A stretch of DNA of 64,000 bases from Octopus vulgaris (lineage: Eukaryota). Under the pieces are notes generated by a model. That model searched no databases, was not told the origin of the DNA, and was given only the letters and a program-made list of their open reading frames with translations. The stretch is taken from assembly GCA_951406725.2 (NCBI GenBank), contig OX597823.1, positions 113,770,001-113,834,000 of the forward strand. The letters run 5' to 3'. Positions within the stretch are counted from its first letter, which is position 1; every line of letters begins with the position of its first letter. This document shows, piece by piece, positions 55,213 through 64,000 of this stretch. Made by a program: the position numbers and the translations under genes.

Positions 55213-58200
55213 CGGAGGCTACGGACTTACGATCCTCGCCTCTGTATTCTATTGTAACAGACATAACAGGAAAAGACAGCCCCATGATTGACCGAGAGGG
55301 GGGAGTCGAGAATCAATCAAACCCAGTCAGCACGGAAACGACCTTTGAAACGAACATGATTATTCATTCGAACAGCGGACGAAATGCAAACAACTTTGGA
55401 TGCAAGCTGTGCTATAGAACCTTTGCAACTGAGAGAGGCTTGAAGATACATCAGGGAAAGACTTGTGAGAAGAGGACAGAGCAGTGTGGATCGTCAGATC
55501 GTAAAACACGTGGCAAATCATCCCCGGACTCAAACCACAGCGGATCGATAAATGCTACAGCACAGAACTCTTCACGTGAAGAAACTACAAGTCATGACAC
55601 TGGTGCATCGGATAATACTCAGAGGAAACCGAGGGTTTTGTGGCCTGCTGCTAATGAGAAAGTAAAATATAAAGAGTTTGAAAACAAGGTTTGTCGGACT
55701 CTTTATAAAATGACAGGCTCTACAGTGGAAAAACTGGGAAAATTATCAAGCTCAATATACGATGTAGCAAGAGATTTATTTGGAATAAAAGAGAATATAC
55801 GACTAGAGAAAGGAAAGTGTGGACCAAGCAGGAGGATCAGAAAAATGCAGCAGTTGAGGAAGGAAAAGTCCGACTTAAGAAAGAGATGGAGATGTGCTGC
55901 ACTAGATGAGAAACCTGGCCTTGTGTTGCTGTATAACGATTTGAAGAGGAAATGTCGTTATGTGCAACGACATATTCGCCGATATGAGCGTCGAAAAGAA
56001 AGTAAAAGGACTCGAGGGCAGTTTGTGAAGGACCCGTACGGGTTTACTAAGAAGCTGTTCACTGAGCCGAAGAGTGGTACTTTATCATGCACTAAAGAAG
56101 AATTGGATGCTCATATCAAGGAAACCTACAGCGATCCGCACCGTAATCAGCCGCTGCCATCTCTACATGGGCTAAATCATCTCTCAGGACCTGATATCGA
56201 ATTCCAGATTGGGGACATCAGGGAGAGAGAGGTGAATGACTTCGTAAGAAAAGCTAGAGCGAAGAGTGCCCCAGGAGGTGATGGCGTCTCATATAAAGTT
56301 TACAAATACTGCAATCGTCTGCGAAAGAAGCTCTTCGTCCTAATCCGACAACTGTGGCGCGAGGAGACTATAGTAGAGGATTGGTGTAAGGCAGAAGGTA
56401 TATACCTGCCGAAAGAGGCCAATGCAAAGACCATAAAACAGTTTAGGCCGATATCCTTATTGAATGTGGAAGGCAAGATCTTTATGGGAATTCTGTCGAG
56501 GAGAACAGTGACATATTTACAGAGTAACGGATATGTTGATGAATCTGTTCAAAAGGCCGGAATCCCCGGGATCCCTGGATGCGTTGAACACTGTTTTTCG
56601 ATTTGGAAAGCGATTCAGGATGCCAAACAGAACAAGAAAAGTCTGAACGTGGTATGGCTCGACCTAGCTAACGCGTATGGTTCAGTGCCACACAAATTAC
56701 TAATAACAGCCATGGACCACTTCCACATTCCTGACAAAGTGATCAAAATAATGAGGATGTACTATGAAAGTTTCGAAATGAGGTTTACAACTGGAAGTTT
56801 TACAACAAATTGGCACCGATTGGAGGTTGGCATTGCTGCTGGCTGTACAATATCTGTCACGTGGTTTATCTTAGTCATGGAGTTGATTTTGAAAGGTGTA
56901 GATTTTTCGGAACAAATCGCCCATGTACAATCGCCTAAGAAAGCCTTCATGGATGACGTGACACTTCTAGCTACAGATAAACAAATCATGCAGAATGCCC
57001 TTTTGAGATTAGACGAACGTGTACGGTGGTCAAGGATGCGATTTAGAGCAAAAAAGTCGCGTAGTCTGACATTTGTTAAGGGAGTGCAGAAAGAATTTAA
57101 ATTTCGAATATCGGAAGAAAGCATTCCAACAGTCAAGGAAGAGCCCGTCAAGAGCTTGGGACGAGTATACGCTGGAACATTGTCAGATAGAAGTCGTGTG
57201 ATTGAAATTATGAAACAGGCCGAGGCTGGGTTATCAGCGATTGATGTTTCGAAGTTACCAGGTAAATATAAAATTTGGTGCTTGCAGTTCGGCCTGTACC
57301 CGCGACTTGCGTGGCCACTTTTAATATACGAAGTAGCATTGTCACGAGTTGAAAAGATCGAACAAAAATGTAATGTGTTCATTAGAAAGTGGCTAGGTCT
57401 ACCTCGTATGTTGAACAGCTCAGCTCTTTATCGTAAAAGAGGTTCGTTGCAGTTACCAATAGCATCAATAGTCGAAATATATAAGTTGGGGAAGATACGG
57501 ACGGTCATGATGCTGAGAGAATCGAAGGATATGGAAATCAGGCGTAACCCACCAGAGGTGAAAACAGCCAGGAAGTGGAAAGCAGAAGCAGAAACTGACA
57601 ACATCTTGTCTTCTCTTACACACAGAGATATGGTGGGAGCAACGCAGAACCATCGGAAAGGATTTGGTTTTGGCGCGGATCAGTTCAGACCGTTTGCAAG
57701 CATGATGCCGTTTGAACGCAGATCTGTTGTTAGCAACAGCGTCAAAACAAGAGAAGCAGAGAGAAGAGAGCTTCATTTGATCCGATGTGTTCATCAAGGT
57801 CAGATGACGAGATGGGAAGAACATGTTGTTGAGAGGAAGATAAGTTGGGATGAGATGTGGAAGTGGACAACATCTCGGCTGAGTTTCCTGATTCGTTCAT
57901 CTTATGATGTTTTGCCATCACCTACGAATCTAGTAAGATGGAACGTCTTAGAGAATGACGTCTGCAAATGTGGAAAAGTCGGTACACTAAAACATATTCT
58001 TTCCAACTGTTCGTTAGCATTGAACAGGTACACATGGAGGCACAACTTGGTCCTTAAGGTTATCTTCAATGCTATAAAGAATCAAATTCATCTCAACAAC
58101 ACTGAGGAAAAATCGTTAAAAGTACCATCAAGAGAGTTCATTACCTTCGTGCGACCAGGTCAGCAGATCCGTTTCAAGAAGAAGACCAAGAAACTTCCTG

Positions 58201-58631
58201 AGAAAAATGAAAAGTGGAACGACTATTGGGAGGTAACTGCAGATTTACCTGGGTGCCAGGTTTTCTTTCCCATCCCAGTTTCGAAAAAACCAGATATTTT
58301 GATGTGGTGTGAAAGAAAGAAAGTTTTAAATATAGTCGAGCTAACGGTTCCTCACGAAGATAATATGGACGCCGCTCGAGCTCGAAAATTAAACCGTTAT
58401 GAAAACCTCCTCGAGGAATATGAAGACGCAGGCTGGAAAGCGGAACATTTTCCTATCGAAGTCGGATGTAGAGGGTTTGTAGGACACAGCGTGAGACGAC
58501 TGTTGTTATCGTTAGGCCTAACTCATCGTAAAGTCAATACCACCATGACTGATATCCAATCTACAGTGGAGAAGGCTAGCCACTGGATTTGGTTAAAAAG
58601 AGACGATGAGCGATGGCTAGAAGTATATTGA
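55140..58631 (+). CDS. Zn-finger/RT/CCHC/RLE protein of the HERO-like element (1163 aa from TTG; first ATG 55284)
   Basis: CKLCYRTFATERGLKIHQGKTC zinc finger. RT motifs SAPGGDGV, FRPISLLNVEGKIF, WLDLANAYGSVPH, AFMDDVT. CKC...HILSNC. RLE motifs WRHN, KPDIL, VELTVP, ARKLNRY, PIEVGCRG. No stops. Confidence 0.9.
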   Translation: MERQEDCSERPADNRKDYRHQERLAEATDLRSSPLYSIVTDITGKDSPMIDREGGVENQSNPVSTETTFETNMIIHSNSGRNANNFGCKLCYRTFATERGLKIHQGKTCEKRTEQCGSSDRKTRGKSSPDSNHSGSINATAQNSSREETTSHDTGASDNTQRKPRVLWPAANEKVKYKEFENKVCRTLYKMTGSTVEKLGKLSSSIYDVARDLFGIKENIRLEKGKCGPSRRIRKMQQLRKEKSDLRKRWRCAALDEKPGLVLLYNDLKRKCRYVQRHIRRYERRKESKRTRGQFVKDPYGFTKKLFTEPKSGTLSCTKEELDAHIKETYSDPHRNQPLPSLHGLNHLSGPDIEFQIGDIREREVNDFVRKARAKSAPGGDGVSYKVYKYCNRLRKKLFVLIRQLWREETIVEDWCKAEGIYLPKEANAKTIKQFRPISLLNVEGKIFMGILSRRTVTYLQSNGYVDESVQKAGIPGIPGCVEHCFSIWKAIQDAKQNKKSLNVVWLDLANAYGSVPHKLLITAMDHFHIPDKVIKIMRMYYESFEMRFTTGSFTTNWHRLEVGIAAGCTISVTWFILVMELILKGVDFSEQIAHVQSPKKAFMDDVTLLATDKQIMQNALLRLDERVRWSRMRFRAKKSRSLTFVKGVQKEFKFRISEESIPTVKEEPVKSLGRVYAGTLSDRSRVIEIMKQAEAGLSAIDVSKLPGKYKIWCLQFGLYPRLAWPLLIYEVALSRVEKIEQKCNVFIRKWLGLPRMLNSSALYRKRGSLQLPIASIVEIYKLGKIRTVMMLRESKDMEIRRNPPEVKTARKWKAEAETDNILSSLTHRDMVGATQNHRKGFGFGADQFRPFASMMPFERRSVVSNSVKTREAERRELHLIRCVHQGQMTRWEEHVVERKISWDEMWKWTTSRLSFLIRSSYDVLPSPTNLVRWNVLENDVCKCGKVGTLKHILSNCSLALNRYTWRHNLVLKVIFNAIKNQIHLNNTEEKSLKVPSREFITFVRPGQQIRFKKKTKKLPEKNEKWNDYWEVTADLPGCQVFFPIPVSKKPDILMWCERKKVLNIVELTVPHEDNMDAARARKLNRYENLLEEYEDAGWKAEHFPIEVGCRGFVGHSVRRLLLSLGLTHRKVNTTMTDIQSTVEKASHWIWLKRDDERWLEVY

Positions 58632-58829
58632 GTTCATCATAACCAGCTGATCTAGCAAGCGGGGCCTCATATCAGTGAGGGGGGCCGGTGCGCATTGATG
58701 CCGTCGAGAGGTAGGCCCCGAAACGGCGCGCATTCTCTCCTGATGACCCCATACACTTGCTAGCTTCCGATATACGGAGCTTTTAACTGGTAGCACTTGC
58801 ATGTGCAAGTTGTTTGCAAGATATCTAAG

Positions 58830-61800
58830 ACACAAAGGAAATGAAGAATCAGATGAACAGTATAGCCCGCCACGAGGCTTAATTGAAAGACTGCCATCTG
58901 ACCAAAGTACGCAAAGGCTTGAAGATACAAGAAATTCTATTGTGCCTGTTAAGGATAGCCAGGAAAACGAAAAAACAACAGTAACTGAAGATCTCGCATT
59001 TGCTGAAGAACACAGAGAGTCTATGGCAGAAATGAGGCAGAAAATCCTGAATACGCTTGAAGTCGTAAGACATACAAGTATGAATGATAGAGAACCACTT
59101 CATAAACTCTCAAATACAAACCAAAATAAAAAACAAATCCAAATTGGCAACTATGTAACAAATGAAATAATACGAGAATTAAAACCTGATTTTACTGAGT
59201 TAAATGAAATTATTTACGCTTCTGCTAGGGCAATTGAAACCAGCTGTATGCCCCCGAAAAAACAAAGAAAACAAAACCTGGGAAGAAATCAAACCTGGAG
59301 AAGTAAAATTGAAAAAGAGATTGAATTTATGAGAGGGGAAATATCAATATTAAATGAACTAATATGTGGAAATGATGTAAGATCCAGAACAGGAAGAAAG
59401 ATGACGAGAAAATTTGGATCCTCACCAAGAGAAGAACTGATATCAATAAAAGAAACGCTGAAACAAAAAGTCCAAGCAAAAGCCCAAAGAATACGAAGAT
59501 TTGAGAAGAGAAACAAGTTTTACAAGCAAAATAAGCTGTTCACATCCAATGCCAAAAAATTCTACAGAGAAATAGGGAAGGAGAAAGTAACCGTTAAAGA
59601 CCCCCCTCCCAAGGAAGAAGTTAAAAACTTTTGGAAAAGGATTTGGAGTGACAAGAAGACGTACAACATAAATGCAGACTGGATTATACAAACTGAAGGA
59701 TCCTACCAAAATTTACAACAACAAGCATGGGAAGACATCACAATAGCAGACCTAAGAAAGGCACTCACAAAGGCCCATAATTGGAAATCCCCCGGTAAAG
59801 ATAAGGTGCCGAATTTCTGGCTCGCATCGCTCCCATGTGCACACGGTAAGCTAGTTCAGCTGCTCAATGGAATTATGAGAGACCCAAAGAAAACACCTGA
59901 ATGGTTAGCAAGTGGCATTACTTACCTACTCCCAAAGAATAACGAAACCAACCTTCCAAAAAACTATCGGCCTATAACCTGTCTATCCACCACGTATAAA
60001 ATCCTAACATCTATCCTGGCGGAGAAAACATATGCATTCATGGAGAAGAACGATATTTTCCCCATTGAACAAAAAGGGTGCCGCCGAGGCTCTTACGGAA
60101 GCAAAGATCAACTGCTAATCAATCGTATGATCCTTGAGAACTGTCACAACAAGCGCAGAAATATCAGCACCGCATGGATTGACTATAAAAAGGCCTTCGA
60201 CAGTATACTGCATCCATGGATCTTGAGATCGCTGGACATCTTCAAAATTTCCCCTGTGATTTCAAACTTCCTGAAGCACAATATGTCGTTGTGGAATACG
60301 AATCTCCAATTATACCACTCTAATGGAGTACTTGCCTCAGAAAATATAAACATCAACTGTGGAATTTTTCAAGGTGACTCACTTTCACCTTTAATATTCT
60401 GCATAGCCCTAATACCCCTTACAAGTGAATTAAACAGAACAGGGTATGGGTATAAAATTGCCAATAAAAAAATAAGCCATCTATTTTATATGGATGACTT
60501 AAAACTTTATGGTAAAGACAATAATGAACTCGAAGGGCTATTGCGCACCGTGAAAGCATTCAGCGATGACATCGGGATGGAGTTTGGACTTGAGAAGTGT
60601 GCCAAGGCCACTTTCCAGAAAGGGAAAGTGAAGAAAATTCAGTCGTGTTAGATGTTGACACAGTCATAAGAGAGCTTGAGCAAGAACAAACATACAAATA
60701 TTTAGGGATAAATGAAGGCTCTGTTATTCAGCATGCAAGCATGAAAGAGAAAATCAGGAATGAATGTTATAGGAGAGTTCGTGCAGTCCTGAAATCTGAA
60801 CTAAATGCACGTAACAAGGTGTTAGCTATAAATTCCTTAGCAGTTCCAGTTGTTACTTATAGCTACAATGTGTTGAACTGGAATATGAGTGAAGTAAAGA
60901 ATATGGATACGCAAGCTGCTGAGTTGTAATAGGATGCACCACCCAAAGGCAGACGTAGATCGCCTTTACCTTCCCAGAGCCCAAGGAGGTCGAGGCCTGA
61001 TCCAATTTGAACTAGCTTACAAAACAACCACAATTGGACTGGCCAAATATCTCGAAATATCGAATGACTGGATGCTGAAGCTCGTGGAAAATCACGAGAG
61101 ACGAAAGAAGATTCATTCTATCATAAAGGAAAGCAAAAAATTTGCTATTGATCTCGTGCAGGATACCCAAACTGAACAACCCGAGGGAAGTACGGCAACT
61201 ATTGTTGCAAAGAAGGTGAAAATGATGGCAATGAAAAAAGCGCACGAGCAATTGGCTGATAGGTGGGAGGAGAAACCTCTGCACGGCAAATATGTGACCC
61301 GCAGCAAACAAGCTGATGTTGACCAGAAGCAAACCCATCAGTGGCTACGGAGCTCAGGGATAAAAGCAGAGAGCGAAGGTTTCATCCTGGCTGCTCAAGA
61401 TCAAAGCCTATTAACCCGGAACTACCAGGCCAATGTGATGAAAAATGGAGCAGACCCAAAATGCCGATTCTGCAACGACATGATTGAAACAGTGGACCAC
61501 CTAATCTCTGGATGTAAAGTCTTAGCACCAGTGGAGTATAAATTAAGACATGACAGAGTTGGCCAATATCTCCACTGGCTAATAAGTCGGCATTACAATA
61601 TCAAAACTGCCGACAAGTGGTATAATCACCACCCTGAGGCTGTAACTGAAGGAGAAAATGTAACCATTCTGTGGGACTTTCCAGTACATACAGACCGAAC
61701 CATCAAGGCCAATAAACCAGATATTGTTGTGAAAGACCAAAACAATAAAGTTTGCTTATTGATCGACATTATCATCCCCTGTGATCATAATATCTCAGCG

Positions 61801-62028
61801 AAAGAGTTTGACAAGCTCAGAAAATATAAAGACCTACTCATTGAAATTGAGAAAATGTGGCATCTCAAGGCGGTTACAATACCAGTGATCGTAGGAGCAC
61901 TAGGAATGATCAAGAAGGGAACCGAAAATTATATGAGAATGATTCCTGGCTTACCATCCCTGCAAGAAGTGCAAAAGATTGTCTTAACTGGTACATCACA
62001 CGTATTGAGAAGAGCATTGTCGATGTGA
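58830..62028 (+). pseudogene. Frameshifted RT-RLE ORF of Dong-like copy B
   Basis: Three consecutive ORF pieces (58801-60651, 60597-60929, 60934-62028) are collinear with copy A. Motifs include GIFQGDSLSP, FYMDDLKL, CRFC...HLISGC, RHD and NKPDIV. Frameshifts lie near 60620-60650 and 60905-60930. Confidence 0.88.
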
Positions 62029-62199
62029 GAACTGTTGCTGCTCATGTATTTTAATTTAACTTTAAAAAAAAAAAAAAATGAACGAACTACTGAGTTTGGT
62101 TTAATGGCCTACCAATGTATACTATGAGTTTCTTCGCCCTAGGAGTCGGGAAGACACTCGGCAAGAAATGGAAGCAAATTTGAAAGAAGAAGAAAAAAA

Positions 62200-62274
<75 letters not shown>

Positions 62275-62359
62275 CTATGATGGAATTTATAGATATCTAA
62301 TACATTACTACGTACGCTTATACACGAATTTAAAAGATGTATATATATATATATATATA

Positions 62360-62589
62360 TAATTAATTAATAAGGGTGAGAGAATTATATACTAATCTAA
62401 TAGTATACCTATTCAACACCAAGTGAGCCACATAGTGACCACTCTCTTATATTTATTTTTGTATAAAATATTATAATATGTTATAAAATATTATAATAAT
62501 CCAGGTTTCTCGGGGCACTGCGCCACTTGGTGTTGAATAGGTATACTATTAAATTAGTATCTATTTCTCTCACCCTTATTAATTAATTA
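62360..62589. repeat. Inverted repeat of about 65 bp (62360-62425 vs 62524-62589)
   Basis: TAATTAATTAATAAGGGTGAGAGAA...GTATACCTATTCAACACCAAGTG and its reverse complement, with a few mismatches. Confidence 0.85.
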
Positions 62590-63174
62590 TAATTATGCTG
62601 CATTTATTTCTAAATGTAGTATCTGTTTCCGTGAAAGTTTGGCGCGCTGTTGGTAGGGGCATTTGAATTATAACGTCGGATGTAATCAATTGAACCACAC
62701 GTGTATTTATCGTTATGGTAAAATCTGGCGTGTGATTGAGTGGATTTCATCCAGATAGTTTTGGCTGAGGAGCTACAAGTGAGTTATTGTGAGTAAAATT
62801 ACATTTAATTCATTAATAGCGAAACAATTGTCCCAAAATAATCTGTATTTTTGTTATTTTTTATTTGCCCTGTTCGTGTGAGCTAACAATCGTACTGACT
62901 TTCATGGGAAACATGTATTTTTGTGGTTGAAACCTATTGGATCTATTACTAGTGCTAGAGTGAGCAACATAGTGACCACTCTCTTATATTTATTTATATA
63001 TATATATATATATTAGAAAAAATGAGGTGATCAGATCGGATGGTTCATATTTGTAGATATTTATTTATATATTACATTTTTTTCATATATATCATATCAT
63101 TCAGATCATATCATTCGGATTACACATCGCTTTTCGAATTAGACGCAACACCTATTATATATTTATATATATAT

Positions 63175-63340
63175 TTTTTTCTCTTTTTTCTCTCCTTGTT
63201 TTTTTCTGTTTCCCTTTCTGTTGACGAGCGTAGGCTCGAAACGTAAAATACTTCTTCAATTCCTGAGCGTTATACTAATACATCTGTTTGTTTTGTACAC
63301 CACCTGTCTTCGTCTTTTGTTTTTTCGTGAATTCTCCCTA
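63175..63340 (+). mobile_element. Third copy of the short hammerhead-bearing repeat
   Basis: Similar to 4291-4498, with the motif at 63213-63250 and TA-rich flanks. Confidence 0.65.
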
Positions 63341-64000
63341 TATACATATATATATATTTACATACTACATTATTCTTCCTCGCACCCTTAATTTACTGGT
63401 TTATTTTCTTTACTTACATACTGCCTGTAACGGTCTTAACTTTTACCTGTCATTCGAATATAATCGACCAATTGTAGAGAAGGACAGACTTTGGTCAATT
63501 TCATTGCAGACAACAGATGTTGGCCTCTGCAATATTTCAGTAAGTACACCATTATAAGAATCCGACGGTTTTGTTTTTGGATAAATATTAACTAGCCCTA
63601 TTTACGATATCATAAGTACTATTCTTTTTCTACACATATTGGTAATTCTTGTCTTATTTTAGTACTAACTTCATTTCAATACTATTCAAACACCCTGGGT
63701 CCCCTTTGTATAGAAATGACCGGTAAATATTTCCCTAGAACACTACTGGTTCACTCATTTGCCTATCGACTTCAAAACTCCACGCTGCCCGATACTATGG
63801 TTTTAATATATTGAGCCTCTTGGTTCCTTCTTCAGGCCCAGTTCTTTCCAATTCGCTCTTTCTTTTGTTTATTTTCTTTGTGAATTTGTATTCACTCTGC
63901 TGAAGCTCCATATACTAGATCGAATGTGCTATGAAAATGACGAATATTATTTTCGGAATTTCTTTCGCAAGCACCGACTAACATTGGAAGCGGAAACGGC

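Larger units (their letters stand above)
55089..58829 (+). mobile_element. HERO-clade-like RLE non-LTR retrotransposon, copy 2 (about 3.74 kb, intact ORF)
   Basis: Single ORF with an N-terminal zinc finger, RT and RLE. Structured 5' leader and a 3' UTR of about 195 bp, with no poly(A). Ends are uncertain by about 6 bp because TAAGAC is shared at the junctions. The clade call rests on motifs such as GIAAGCTIS, AFMDD and QKAGIPGIPGC. Confidence 0.85.
53219..62200 (+). mobile_element. R4/Dong-like element, copy B (different family from A), interrupted by a HERO-like tandem insertion at about 53416-58829
   Basis: 53219-53415 translates as REEYKEVIYAYCYALGRP...YSIWRTRNQDSRPYLDENKLANVRRDILRNNRLTDSEI, which resembles the R4/Dong N-terminal domain. 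The body resumes at about 58830 and ends at (TAA)n 62201-62271. Confidence 0.85.

Noticed and set aside
58801-58829. ATG start of the 616-aa ORF suggesting a HERO-Dong fusion gene
   Set aside because: The ATG lies in the HERO 3' UTR and is in frame by chance. The downstream Dong ORF is frameshifted.
50205-61338. Antisense ORFs overlapping the retrotransposon ORFs
   Set aside because: Short shadow frames opposite real coding sequence, with no motifs.

Overview
AT-rich, microsatellite-dense eukaryotic DNA. The SINE families and repeat landscape look like an Octopus (cephalopod) genome, which is an inference from repeat motifs. No host protein-coding exon could be supported. Bases 1-47.8 kb are intergenic or intronic and hold SINEs, Penelope-like remnants with hammerhead motifs, mariner derivatives, a CR1/L2-group LINE 3' end, a non-autonomous Helitron and many simple repeats. 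Most short ORFs in the track are translated microsatellites. The region 47.9-62.3 kb is a cluster of restriction-like-endonuclease (RLE) non-LTR retrotransposons. Three distinct R4/Dong-like elements sit in (TAA)n tracts, and one of them is split by a head-to-tail pair of near-identical HERO-like elements (one 5'-truncated, one with an intact ORF). The HERO-like element has three unusual features: a 5' array of five hairpins with an invariant G-GAAAGA-C loop but different stems, a 3' UTR with all hammerhead-ribozyme core motifs in a permuted order, and TAAGAC at both 3' junctions, which matches the reconstructed empty site.
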